Shown in pieces: positions 27,392 through 40,782 of a stretch of 64,000 bases of DNA (position 1 is the first letter of the stretch; the number at the start of each line of letters is the position of its first letter). The notes beneath the pieces were generated by a model. The model did no database searches. It was given only the letters and a program-made list of their open reading frames with translations, and was not told the DNA's origin. Location: NCBI GenBank assembly GCA_964016885.1, contig OZ024740.1, forward strand, positions 346,146,001 to 346,210,000, read 5' to 3'. The position numbers and the translations under genes were made by a program. The DNA is from Eledone cirrhosa (lineage: Eukaryota).

Positions 27392-27885
27392 ATCTTAATA
27401 GCCATTTGACACACATCGCTGCTAACCATTATCACAACATCGAACACCTTACTACTACTACTACACACACACACACACACACACACATATTTGTTGAGAA
27501 AGAGTCATTTCTCAATCTTGGCGCAAAACCAATTTTTTATTCACATGACCTCTACCGACCAATCAAAATTGTTTTGACCACAAGAATTTTTGCAAATTGG
27601 AGCCACTTTTTTAACATAAAAACAGGTAGAATTCCCAAAACTAATCAGATCAGAGCAAACAGCACGGACACTCTATCTCAAAATTATTTTTGAAAAGCAT
27701 TTAGAAATGCGCAACCGGTAAAAACTTAAAAACTTAAAACCACAACTGAATACTAACCCATACAATCACTAATACTCTTTTATTCCTAATTAAACCATTT
27801 TTCAACTGTGAACAATTTGTCAGCATTTTCTATTCCGTTTACCAATATATAATAACTTGTGTGTTACACCTCTATTCTTTTAACT
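26343..27885 (+). mobile_element. Family A PLE-type insertion with ~700 bp inverted arms and tail
   Basis: 26343-~27065 is the reverse complement of ~27130-27846; tail identical to 1582-1620. Confidence 0.85.
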
Positions 27886-27989
27886 ATATATATATATACA
27901 TATATATATATGGGGTCGTTTCATTCTCTATAGAAAAATATCGGCTGTATTGAGACCTGGAGAGGGTTGGGCTCCGGCAGGATTATATA

Positions 27990-28203
27990 ACATCACGGAC
28001 GCTCTATCTCAAAATTATTTTTGAAAAGCATTAGAAATGCGCAACCGGTAAAACTTAAAACCAAAACTGAATATTAACCAATACTATTACTAATTCTCAC
28101 TTATTCCTAATTAAACTATTTTTCACTGTGAACAATTTGTCAGAATTTTCTTTTCCGTTTACCAATATATCGTAACTTGTGTGTTACACCTCTATTCTTT
28201 TAA
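27990..28203 (+). mobile_element. Diverged family A terminal copy
   Basis: Similar to 1400-1620, including the TTGAAAAGCATT..GCGCAACCGGTA motif. Confidence 0.8.
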
Positions 28204-28211
28204 ATATATAC

Positions 28212-28835
28212 ATATATATATATATATACATATGATTGTTTGTTCTTGTATCTCATTCTGTTATTTTGCCTGTGAAAATATCTGTGTGTCATCAAGCGAT
28301 GCGCACGCATGGTTATGTTTTCAAATCCAATTGAATTCTACCACGTGGCTTGAATTCTTTTCAGAATTCATTGACCTGCGCATGTATTGTTTTTTGGCAC
28401 TAACCACCTTCCACCTATTTTAGTGACAGTGGGAAATTTTCTTTAGAACTGCTTAACAACCTAGCAGCTGCGTTAAGCACTGTGGTGATTATCGCTAAAC
28501 ATTGATCTTGAGTGAGTTATCAATATTAATGTTATTGGGCACCCACTGAAGAATTATAAGAGCCCACTTGAATAACTATCTGTTGATCTTATACAACCTT
28601 CTACATAAATTTGTATAATTTCACCAAACTTGTAGAAATGTTATAATGAAACGAGACATCCGTCTGGAGAGAGATATATTTGATATATCTCATATGAAAT
28701 GATACAGCCAATTTTTCACACAATACAATTAGTTAGCACCCTGAACGTTTAATTAGGAATATACGCTAATGTTTGTTGAGTGAGCTTGAATTTGGCCGGA
28801 GTATCGCTTTTAGCTTTCTCCGATTATGTATTTAT
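28212..28835 (+). repeat. Diverged copy of the 29590-30857 repeat unit
   Basis: Shared blocks atctcattctgttattttgcc and gtttgttgagtgag.ttg.atttggccggagtatcg. Confidence 0.8.
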
Positions 28836-29140
28836 ATATATATATTTAGGTTTGTTGTTTACATTGGGTAGAACTGGTCATACCATATGGTCAACCTCGA
28901 TGTAATATTATGGAAAGCACTCAACGTAATGCAACTCACTCGTCTACGTTTGTGTAGTTGGTGGTGCGAGTACGGAGTTAATTATTATAAAAATAACAAT
29001 AGGCTAGACATCATCAGGTAATTGAAATATAACACAGGCGAACGTCCAGAGTAGAAGATGCTGAAGGTTCGGTCGCGCTCGTGTCTCTGATTTCTCAGCC
29101 CCATGGATTTTGTCTATTGTATTCCTGTGTTATATTTCAA

Positions 29141-29198
29141 ATACCTGATGATGTCACTGGATTCATGCTGAACCCGGTCATTGAAATGATCTTAGTAT
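29141..29198 (+). ncRNA. Hammerhead-like motif in a partly inverted PLE-type end (28980-29247)
   Basis: ATAC-CTGATGA-tgtcACTGGaTTCA tgc TGAAcCCGGTcatt-GAAA-tgatctta-GTAT then AATAAA; ~29007-29038 is inverted at ~29124-29154. Confidence 0.6.
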
Positions 29199-29319
29199 AA
29201 TAAACCTTTCAAGGAAGTACACAAGTCCAACCTCCTATTATTTTTATAATATATATATATATACTACCTTGATTAAATCTTAACCATTTAACATCTCAGG
29301 GTATGTCATGTATCATTAT

Positions 29320-29372
29320 ATTTTGTCTGATGAGGACGTACTGTTGTACATCCGAAATATGTATAATAAAAT
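29320..29372 (+). ncRNA. Type I hammerhead ribozyme
   Basis: ATTTTGT-CTGATGA-GGAcGTAC tgtt GTACaTCC-GAAA-TATGTATA-ATAAAAT. Confidence 0.82.
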
Positions 29373-29514
29373 GTAATTGATGAAAAGAACATCTATTTTA
29401 TTAAAGTTTATATTTTAATATTAATAACTCCGGAAAAATATTTACCATAGAGTGCTTCCAATCATAAAACTCATTCTTTGACCTTTGACATACTCATTGA
29501 ATATTGTTTAACAC

Positions 29515-29589
<75 letters not shown>

Positions 29590-29590
<1 letters not shown>

Positions 29591-30854
29591 TGTGTGTCAC
29601 CAGATGTTGTACACACATAGATATTTTTTTCAATTTCCAATTGACTTCTTAGCACGTGTCCTGAATTCCTTTTAGAATTCATTCTCATGCGCATGTATTG
29701 TTTTTTTGGCGGTAATTTACTTCCTCATTTTTGAATCAATTTGAGCATTTCTTTAGAACTGCTGGACTGGCAACCTGACAGATACCTCAGGTACAGATGA
29801 TGATTATCGCTAAATGGTGATGTTGGTTAGATTATCAATATTAGTATTATTGGGGCACCTACTGATTAATTATAGTAGCCCACTTGAATATATATCTATT
29901 GATGGTATACAAGCTCCTACATAAATTGGTATAATTTAACCCAATTTGTAGGAATCCTATAATGAAACGAGACGTCTGTCTGGGAAGAGACATATTCGAT
30001 ATGTCTCATATGAAATAATACAGCCAATTTTCAACGCAATACTTTTAGTTAGCACCCCGAACGCATAATTGGGAATATAATCACTTATTTTCTAATGTTT
30101 GTTGAGTGAGTTGGAATTTGGCCGGAGTATCGTTAAAAAGCTTGTTCCGATATTGTATTTATTTATTTACTCTTGCCGCAGCAGAATTGAAATTTTCCCG
30201 GTATAAGGTTAGAATTTCTTTGTTTATTTTTTATATATGAATATTGATTGTTCCTTATATCTCATTCTGTTATTTTGCCCGAGAAAATAACTGTGTGTGT
30301 CACCAAATGTTGTACACACATAGATATTTTTTTTCAATTTCCAATTGAGTTCTTAGCACGTGGCCTGAATTCATTTTAGAATTCATATTCATGCGCATGT
30401 ATTGTTTTTTTGGCGGTAATTTACTTCCTCATTTTTGAATCAGTTTGAGCATTTCTTTAGAACTACTGGACTGGCAACCTGACAGATACCTCAGGTACAG
30501 ATGATGATTATCGCTAAATGCTGATGTTGGTTACATTATCAATATATTGGGGCACCCACTGATGAATTATAGGAGTCCACTTGAATATATATCTATTGAT
30601 GGTATACAAGCTCCTACATAAATTGGTATAATTTAACCCAATTTGTAGGAATCCTATAATGAAACGAGACGTCCGTCTGGGAAGAGATATATTCGATATG
30701 TCTCATATGAAATAATACAGCCAATTTTCCACGCAATACTTTTAGTTAGCACCCCGAACGCATAACTGGGAATATAATCACTTATTTCCTAATGTTTGTT
30801 GAGTGAGTTGGAATTTGGCCGGAGTATCGCTAAAAAGCTTTCTCCGATATTGTA

Positions 30855-30857
<3 letters not shown>
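29590..30857 (+). repeat. Partial tandem direct repeat (~700 bp period) between two (TA)n arrays; probable PLE pseudo-LTR tandem
   Basis: 29590-30160 closely matches 30293-30857; a reverse-strand fragment lies at 38092-38262. Confidence 0.8.
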
Positions 30858-30934
<77 letters not shown>

Positions 30935-31425
30935 ACTAAATTACCTTTTATTAAGAGAGTTTCCATACCACAACAAATAGATGGTGAAACAGAGGCACAG
31001 TTTACCATAGCTAGAAATAAACTTGGACAGGTAGTAGAGCAATATACCAAGAGACAAAGCAAAGCAGAAATTCACAACTTGGAAGAAAACCTGTAGAAGG
31101 CCTACTTAGCCTCAAGCAGCGCACAATGGTTGGTGAGGTAGTGTGTCTATCCAGAGATAAATATGATAGGACCTCAAGAGACAACATGCCGAAATATATC
31201 AAGTCTATGCAACCCCACATCATCAACACGAGCGAAACAACACAACAAGCACACGAGGAGAGAGAGAAGATCCTCAATGCTCACATGATGATGCTAACCG
31301 ACATCCTAAAGTCAGGTAGACGCACAGCCAACAACTTCTAAGCGTATTACAATTACATACCACACTTGTATGGGCTCCCCGAAGATCATAAGACAACCAA
31401 CGACCAAGTCCAATGCAGAGCTATT

Positions 31426-32423
31426 CGTCTGCAGGATGAAGCAGTGGAACTTGGTCAAGGAGGAAGTGCAGTTGGCAAGTCATAGAAGTCGACACTAACC
31501 GTTATCAGGCTTGTGCACTCTTAGGGCTGGCCTCTGCTTCTGCCATGACGTGCCTGTACTGTTTGACATTATTGGTGGGCCGTTTATGCCCAAGGAGTGG
31601 CGGCTATATATAGACAGCTCCAACACAAGTTTGAAGGTTGTCCTCCTCCACAATGAAAACAAGTTCCCGACACTGCCCCTAGCTCATTCAGTCTGCCTGA
31701 AGGAAGATTACTACAGTGTGAAAGTCCTCTTGGAAGCTCTGCAATACAACCAGTACAATTGGGAAATCATTGGAGACTTCAAGATGGTGGATTTCCTGCT
31801 TGGTCTACAAGGAGGCATTATCAAATTCAAATGCTTCCTCTGCCTTTGGGACAGCAGAGCCACATCTGACCACTACAAAAGAAAGAACTGGAAGCAGCGA
31901 ACAGAATTTGTAGTCGGGACCCGGAACGTCATGTGGGAGCCACTGGTTGATCCCAGGATTGTGCTGATGGCGCCACTGCACATTAAGTTGGGGTTGATGA
32001 AGCAGTTTGTGAAGGCTGTCAACCAAGAATCAGCCGCTTTTAAGGCCAAAATCAAAGGTGAAATTTGTGTTGTACCACAGATAAAGAAGGTGTTTGAGTC
32101 TACCGAGTTCTCCAATAAGCTCAATCAGATGGAGAGAACAGCATGGAACTGTTTCAGGGCAGTTGTCAAGGGCTTCCTGGGCAACTACAGAGCTGAAAAC
32201 TACCAGCAACTGGTGCAGGATCTGATAAAGGCTTTTGGCGCCATGGGATGCAGGGTGTCGCTTAAACTCCATATGCTAGACGCTCACCTGGAAAAATTCA
32301 AGGACAATATGGGCGCCTACTCAGAAGAACAAAGCGAACGATTCCACCAAGATGTGAAAGAGATAGAGCAGAGGCACCAGGGCCACTACAATGAAAAAAT
32401 GATGTTACACGGTGTAATCAGTG
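31426..32423 (+). mobile_element. DNA transposon fragment with Chapaev3/Transib-like DDE transposase (5' part lost)
   Basis: EWRLYIDSS..SLKVVLLHN, IIGDFKMV..LLGLQGG..KF.CFLCLWDSR, LHIKLGLMKQFVKA, SEEQSERFHQD; putative right end ...acacggtgtaatcagtg. Superfamily assigned from recalled motifs. Confidence 0.75.
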
Positions 32424-33950
32424 AGAGCGAAGTGAAGTTCTGCGACGTCGACACAGATGAACTGGGCCTCCTACTTCGACTTACTTATGACACCGATTAC
32501 CTAGATAACCATGACCTTAGCTGTTTCTGCCCTAGTAGACCCATAAGAGGTAGCCCCCCCCCCCCTCCCCACACACACACCTTAACCTCAATGGCTAAAA
32601 GCCATACGGACACCCCAAAACAGTGATCAGGTGAGAAAAATGGTCATACATGCAATAGGAGCTAGTATTAAAAATACCCTAAAGGGCCATATGTTTAAAT
32701 TTAACGAAAAGATATATACCCAGAATGAGGGAGCAGCCATTGGCGTCAGCATAGCTGGCGATGTTGCCAATCTATTTATGGTATGGTGGGAGAGGAGACT
32801 CAGAGGTCTCCTTGATGAGAGCTCCATAGACCTCATCATGTACTCTCGTTATGTAGACGATATTAATATAGTAATAAGAACACCACAACAAGAGAGTACT
32901 AGTACACATGATTTAGAAAATAGCACAATGAAGAGCATCCAGCAGATATCTAACTCCATACACCAGAGTAAAATTGTAACTGTTGACTACCGTTCCAAAC
33001 ACCCTAACAATAGACTACCAGTATTAGACACGGAACTCTGGATTAACCCTATAGACGAGAGGGCCCAAATTCTCCACTCACACTGTACTAAACCCATGGC
33101 CTCCAAATACCTGATACTCAAAAACTCAGCAATGTCCAATAATGCTAAGTTTAACATTCTGATCGCAGACTTGGTAAAAGTGATGAAGAATGTGTCTCGC
33201 ATGTGCGACCCACTGAAATGAAAAGACGCATCCAACACTTCATGAATCACATGCACTTCTCTGGCTACAAACAAAGAGACAGAATCAGAGTATACAAAGG
33301 AGCCACGGAGAATATAATACCCTCATAGAAATGGACATGAAATTGTCCATCATACAGGAGAAAATCATGGAATACCTTAGATAGGACTAAACATAAGTTA
33401 GGGAAAGCCACTTCATGGTACGACAACCATGTTCATGGATTCTACCCCTGGATGGAAATTAGCTAAGCAATGTAGAAAGGCCCTATGAAAGACCCATTTA
33501 AAGATTAAAGGGTTAGAAAAGCCAGGAACTAACATAAAATCCATGATCTGTAAAACATACCCTTTTAAGAAAACCGACTGTACAAATAAGAAATGTATTA
33601 TATGTAAAATGAACCTCCAGATAAACTGTGAAACTAGAAATGTAGTCTATAGCATAAGATTTACAGAGGGTACTTGCAGAAACATGACAACAACATACAT
33701 AGGTGAGACAGCTAGACGCATAGAAGAATGAATAAACCAACACTGGGGGCGGGGGGACTAAAGGGACTAAACAACGGTTCAGTACTATACGAACGCACCA
33801 AACAAAGACATGACGGTAATATAGAAAACATAGAAATTCAAATAATATCTAAACATAGAAATGACTCAACAGGTAGGCAAATCAGAGAAGCAACTGAGAT
33901 AGAGCTAAGAAGACCAAAGTTAAACAGAAAATGTGAATGGAATAACAACA
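32424..33950 (+). pseudogene. PLE RT C-terminal half + GIY-YIG endonuclease, frameshifted
   Basis: ORFs 32631-33221, 33543-33731 and 33728-33994 carry the RT and endonuclease motifs. Confidence 0.88.
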
Positions 33951-34237
33951 GCAACCATACCCAAACAAATAATACTGATTTTAGAGAAATATAAATAAAT
34001 AAATATATATATATACACAAGTACAATAACAACAAACTCTTATAAACACACACTAGTGAACAAATATAGAAAACAAAAACACAATCACTCAAACGCGAAC
34101 ACACCCACCACACATTATACACATAGCCAAACGCATGCGCAGACAGAGACAGATACAAGAATAAATAAATAAATAAATAAATAAGATAAAAATGGCGTAG
34201 ACATTGCAATACAACAGGAGGGATCATAATAGTACGA

Positions 34238-34275
34238 CTGATGATGTAGCAGATGTGCAACGAAAGAACTTTATA
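34238..34275 (+). ncRNA. Degenerate hammerhead motif at the PLE 3' end
   Basis: CTGATGA-tGTaGCA gatg TGCaAC-GAAA; stems I and III unclear. Confidence 0.55.
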
Positions 34276-34456
34276 GACAATATATATATATATATTTATA
34301 TCTGTATTTTTAACCGTTCGTCAAACAATGATAATCATTGACTGGCAGATAAATTAACTATGGAGATATAAAAGATGCAGAAGCGAAAACCAACCAAACA
34401 GCGAGTGTGTGTTATTATTTCTGGCAATATGACCCTCCCCATGTATAACGTTATCC

Positions 34457-34609
<153 letters not shown>

Positions 34610-34630
34610 GCGTGTGTGTGTGTGTGTATA

Positions 34631-35496
34631 CTAGCAGATTTATCCGGCCTGGCCCGGGTTTGAAATTATGCTAAGAATATACAGCTAGGAAGTAAAAGAA
34701 GAACATTATTTGTCCCCAACCTGTAAAAAAATGGAGCAGTCTTCAATAATTAATGCAAACGAAGTATTTTATAGATTTAATCGAATTACAGTATTCTACG
34801 TTGATGTTTGCATCAACAATCTTTATAAGGAGTGGATTATATGGAACAACACATCTTTTGGCAACCTCATGTTTCCCAACCCTTGCTGTGAATCCACCAT
34901 CTTCGGGTCTTCTCCGGCGATATAGTGGGTATCCGTCAAGACCAGTCTGAGTGTCAACATGGCTTATGAAAGTTTTAAAACTGTAAAAGTTGTAGGTCCT
35001 AATGGTTTGAATGGAAAGTTCCATAAGGATTGTTCTAAAAAAAACAAACCATCATCAAAATCTCGTCAATTCGAGACTGCTGCGAGATTAGGCCCTTAAC
35101 GCGAAAGTTAACAGTTAATATCGTGAAACAAGTGTTTTTTAAACTTTGAAAGTGCAACAAAGAATAAACAAGAAACAAACGATAATATTAGTGATTTATC
35201 TTCAAATGAATCTGATGTTTATATTTCTGTCAATAAAGTTGGTTATCTCCCTTTTTTATAAGGATTGTCAATAAAGTTTGTTATCTCCCTTACATCAATT
35301 TTGGTACCGATAATTTTGATATCAATTGTTTATTGCTCAACGTGGGTCGATTTGAACATTTTTTGTGATCTGACAATCTCAGCGATCTGTGCAACGTGCA
35401 CAGAAAATTTGGTCAGATTCGGTTGGTAATTGTAAAAGCCTTAGGTATCCAAAGTTATACACAGACACACACACTTCCTCGCTTTTATATATATAT
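34631..35496 (-). mobile_element. Non-autonomous Helitron derivative retaining a Rep fragment
   Basis: 3' CTAG preceded by a GC hairpin; ORF 34743-35024 has DGYPLYRRR.PEDGG...VVPYNPLL....NINVEYCNSIKSIKY. Confidence 0.85.
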
Positions 35497-35588
35497 ATAC
35501 AAGGAGCGGTAAAAATACGACCAACATTTTAATGGTAAACCGTGTAATATATTAAAATATGGGTGTTTTTTTTCTGCCGCACCTGGTA
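35497..35588. mobile_element. Small MITE (Tc1/mariner-like)
   Basis: tacaaggagcggtaaaaa..attttaat and attaaaat..tttctgccgcacctggta form imperfect TIRs. Confidence 0.45.
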
Positions 35589-36321
35589 CATATATATATA
35601 TATGTGTGTATGTATATATATATATATATATACAGGGCGTAGCAGAAAGAAACATACATATATATATGTGTGTGCGTGTTTGTGTTTTGTGTGTGTGTGT
35701 GGCTGTATGCCTATCTATATGTCTGGGTGCGTACGTGAAATTAAAGAGACCGGAATTATTTGGAAACTCTTCCGATAAACTCTACTTGTATTTCATAAGA
35801 TTCATCATTGTTACATGTTGTGTAACGCTGAACATCCCTGAGATTTATGTTGAAAGTACACGTGTCTGTCAAATGTTTTGCAACTTTCATGTTATATTCT
35901 GGAGAAGCTTGTTTCATTCATCAAACAACTGAAGCACTCATCGTCGAAATAAAGTACCAATTTGCGTGCTCGATCTAATTTTTGTTACATGCATTCTAAT
36001 ATTACTACCTTATCAGTGGAATATTTTGCCGGTGAAAATTATGTACCAGGAACTCAGACTAATCTGACAGCTCTTTCTTACATTTATTGAAAATGTTGCG
36101 GTTATATATCAAACTGCATCTATCTATCTCATTTCATCTGCCTCTAAGTAAATGAAGTGGACACAGACATTACTTCAATTCACTGGATATGTAACAAATA
36201 TGTAATTATATTTAAATCCACTACGTTAGGACACATTATCTTCAAGTGTTTCAGTTGATTATATACAACACATTAATTCCTAAAATGCTTTTGTTTTGAT
36301 ACCTAGCTGTATAGAATTTTC

Positions 36322-36493
<172 letters not shown>

Positions 36494-36561
36494 TAATAAT
36501 AATAAATGTGAAGACTAAAATCGGAAGAGGGCTCATTTTTTGCTTAAACATTAATCTGTTA

Positions 36562-36637
<76 letters not shown>

Positions 36638-36810
36638 TATATATATAGATATAGATATATATATATATATATAGATATATATATATATATAAAAATAAAT
36701 TAACGGAGTCATAGACTCGCGTTACTCCCTGTAAATTATGTGCTCAATGGAAAAGGAATCCTGAGCTCTTCAAATACAATATGTAGAAAAAATAACACAC
36801 GAGAGAGAGA

Positions 36811-36842
<32 letters not shown>

Positions 36843-36868
36843 GCGTGTGCGTGTGCGTGTGTGTGTGT

Positions 36869-36906
<38 letters not shown>

Positions 36907-37021
36907 TTATCAATATAAAGGGAAAACCACCAGTGTATGGAATCTATAAACTACGAAAGGTGAAGTAGACGCATAATAATTAAAAATATAAATCAAAATG
37001 AATTTACCCACCTTTATAACT

Positions 37022-37544
37022 TTATGATATTTTTCTATTAGTTCCTTGCTGTTTGTTGATTTGTGTTTGTGTTTGTGTTTGTGTGTTGTGTATGTGTATG
37101 TTTGTGTCAGGGCTGCAGGAGTGTTCTCAGCTGTTTAAATTGAGGTGAATGGCTGATTGATAAAATAACAAGTCAGTCAATCATATTGGTGGCCTCCCCA
37201 CAGCACCGGCGGACAGAATACAGAAGGCGTTTCCCCAGAAGCCGGCAAGGGAAACACGCTGGAAAAGCCACTCCAGCTCATGGGGCTCACACCTGCGGCT
37301 GGCCAGCTCAGTACCTATGGTTGTGAGTAGGGGGTAGCCTTTGGGCCGAGGACACGAGAAGTCTACATTGCCAAGGGTACAGCCCGACGTGCAGCAGAAC
37401 TTGAGTTAGTCGCAGACTGCACCAGTTTGCGGCTGCAGAAAGTGTCGGTGCAAGTGGCATCCCAAACGAGGGGTTTGTCACCACGGAACGGGAAAATGGT
37501 CATGCCATCCGGCCTTTTGCCGTACCCTCGGTCCAGCCCCACCA
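37022..37544 (-). mobile_element. 5'-truncated CRE-like (restriction-like endonuclease) non-LTR retrotransposon
   Basis: GL.R..GKRPDG.T..P.....LVWDATCTDT motif; 8-bp TSD ttataact at 37014-37021 and 37545-37552. Confidence 0.8.
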
Positions 37545-37559
37545 TTATAACTATATATC

Positions 37560-37640
37560 ACACACGAACAAACCCAAAGATTTTGTTTCGACAAAAAATT
37601 AGTGAATGGAATGAAAACACCTAGGTTCATCAGCGTGTGT
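37560..37640 (-). ncRNA. Hammerhead with long stem III and decayed stem II
   Basis: Minus strand: ACACACG-CTGATGA-...-GAAA-CAAA atctttggg TTTG-TT-CGTGTGT. Confidence 0.65.
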
Positions 37641-38001
37641 TAAGCGTATACATTCCAGAGAACTCTTAGAAAACTTAAGATAACTTCTTTGCAACACGTG
37701 GTAGATAGAAGTGAATGTGTGCAAAAGACAGTGAACTAGTGGCCTGGGTGGAATGTGCGGCAAGTTGTTTTCATTCCATTCACTAATTTTTTGGCAAAAC
37801 AAAATCTCTTTGGGTTTGTACGTGTGTAATATATACACGTAGTTATAAAGATGGGTAAATTCATTTTGATTTATAACTTTAATTATGATGCATCTATCTC
37901 ACCTTTCGTAGTTTATAAATTCCATACACTGGTGGATTTCCCTGTATATTGATAAACACACACAGTCTCCCTCTCTTTCGTGTGTCATTTTAGATACATA
38001 T

Positions 38002-38097
<96 letters not shown>

Positions 38098-39092
38098 CAA
38101 TATCGGAGAAAGCTTTTAGCGATACTCCGGCCAAATTCCAACTCACTCAACAAACATTAGGAAATAAGTGATTATATTCCCAATTATGTGTTCGGGGTGC
38201 TAACTAAAAGTATTGCGTGGAAAAGTGGCTATATTATTTCAAATGAGACATATCTAATATATACAATGCGTGTCCTATATTTTGAAACATATTTCTTGAT
38301 ACACAAAAAGAGAAAAAGACCAAGACGGGAAGGCATTAAAACAGACCGTTTTGTTGAGAACTGACATTCGGTTTATCTACAATACAAGTGCAAAACTAAA
38401 CAATTTTATATAAAATGTCCTTACAATGTACATGGTTAGACATCGAAGCGTTTTGCATAGCAGGATATACTGCAAAATTTATTTCACTGTAAACTCTACC
38501 TACCAAGTAACTAAAGCAGCCAGGACAGCCGAAATATTTCCGTGACTACACAGGTCAAGCATTTTTAATCCTGTTATAATGATATTGTCATGAACATATC
38601 CTTCACATGATTGTAGAATACAAGAAAACGCCAAGAGTAAACAGCACTAATACCACTCTATTCTGAAGATAAAAGCAGAAAATGTTCAATGTGCTGAAAG
38701 AATTAGGAATGTTAATTTTTCTAACAAATTATATTGGAATAATGAGGTAATATGACAAATCCGTAGGAAAATAGATAAATAATTTTCTGTAGAGTAAAGC
38801 TTATATTAATACATCATTTAAAGATAAGAGATTCCCTATATACAAATATATACATAATAAATATATCCTAACAATCGCAAACACTTATCCCAAACACTCA
38901 CATATACAAAACATTTACATATGTAAATTCCTATATATACATATATACATATATACATATATATATATATATACACCATCAAACCACACCAGACATACAC
39001 ACACACATATATATGCATACATACACACACACGCACGCACGTTCACACACACACGCACACGCACGCACACACGCACACGCACACACACACGT

Positions 39093-39159
<67 letters not shown>

Positions 39160-39189
39160 CACACACGTACACACAATATAGGAGGCTGC

Positions 39190-39950
39190 CAATGAATAGA
39201 CCAAAAATAGGGAATTAGATCCATTGCTCATAGAGTTTAATGTTATTGGGGTCGAAAAACGATACACAGATACTGCTCTGAGGCTACGGCATCTTCAGAT
39301 ATTCTTAAACGGTGAACAGATGTGGTTAGCATTCGTGAGACTGGCGTCTGTTTGGCTAAGATGCAATCCTGGGTCACAAAGTGACCGAGACTGGGCGCGT
39401 GGCATCTCGAATATTCTCAGTTGGTCACTGCCCTCTACCATAAGAGCAATGAAGTCAGTGCAAATTCAACGTATAAAAGATCATCAACTGCTTCATTTTG
39501 ACCGTAAAAAGCAGGCAGTTTTGCCATGTCTGGTAGCCATAGCAAAAAACTTTGTCATGCTTGACGGTGAAAGACACTTTTCTCTTCGGGCCAAACCCCA
39601 TATACTTTTTCAGGTTTCACTTTGAAACAAGGGTGAGTGTGGGGAGAGAGGTACTGCTCCCCTATACATTTGTTATATGTTCGACAGATATTGCAAGAAT
39701 CACCAGTGTGGATGGACCTGCTCTGAACATGCACGTGTAGGCTGGTGCTTTGAGGGGAAGAAAATGGCTCCTTCCTCAGTTAATCTCTCATATCGGTAGG
39801 ATCCCAAAAGATCTTCCGTATTTTTCTTTTATTGTTACCCGTTTTTCTTTTTACACATTTCTGGTCAAAACCCCTCTTTCCCTGCTCTTTTGTACTGTCC
39901 TTTATGTTTCGACCCTTGTGGGCAATAAAGAAAATATTATTATTATTATC
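39190..39950 (+). mobile_element. Decayed L1/Tx1-like LINE 3' end
   Basis: C-terminal remnant FFRFHFETRVSVGREVL; 3' end cccttgtgggcaataaagaaa(tat)n, also seen reversed at ~63890-63920. Confidence 0.6.
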
Positions 39951-40705
39951 ATTTGTTTATGCTAAAGTTGATGACGAAGATAATAATAATTACGATAATG
40001 TTGATATGAATGATGATGATGATGGTGAACACAATGTTGACGATGATGGTTATTTTTGAAGAATATGTTAAATTTTATGTTCATAATTGTCATTATGATT
40101 CCCTCAACATAATCATTATTATCAACAGCAGCCTACAAACCCCACCGTCACCAACATCATCATCACCACCACCATTATTATTATAGTTATCATCAGAATT
40201 TCATCACCATCATCATCCACAAAATTCTCACATTTATCATCACATTTACGACTTTCATGTTGGTGTTGGTTTTATTTGATGACAAATTTGATGACCTTCA
40301 TAAATCTCTTGAGAAAAATGTTGAACATAGGATCGAAATCGTGATTGTTGGTAATCAGGGTACTGAGAATTACATTGAGTGGTAGGATAAAGAAAATATA
40401 GAGTAGTAAGAGCAAACGATGCGGAGGTGTGGTGGAAATACAAAGATTAACTAAGATAACGTTAACAATGATAACTGCCTGATACATGAAATAATGGTGA
40501 TGATGTTATTGGTATGCTGGTCATAATGATGACAATCACATGGATAATGATTATGACTATAATGATAATGATGATGAAGATAGTGGCAACGATGGTAATG
40601 AAATGTTTGGTTATAGTTATTAAATTAGTCCAGTGAAAATATAACATATTTGTATACGTATATACATAAATATATATCTATATCTATTATGTATATATGT
40701 GTGTG

Positions 40706-40771
<66 letters not shown>

Positions 40772-40782
40772 TATATATATGT

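Larger units (their letters stand above)
30931..34280 (+). mobile_element. Decayed Penelope-like element interrupted by a DNA-transposon fragment
   Basis: IPHLYGLP.DHK, YTQNEGAAIGVSIAGDVANLFM, YSRYVDD, LPVLD, KPMASK, NVVYSI...YIGETARR; flanked by TA repeats. Confidence 0.88.
36690..38000 (-). mobile_element. PLE-type hairpin+tail insertion (family E) interrupted by a LINE
   Basis: 36781-37021 plus 37545-37620 pair with 37762-38000; left tail 36690-36780; (TA)n flanks. Confidence 0.75.

Noticed and set aside
35730-36250. Possible mariner transposase remnant on the minus strand
   Set aside because: Only faint motif resemblance; needs a BLASTX/HMM search.
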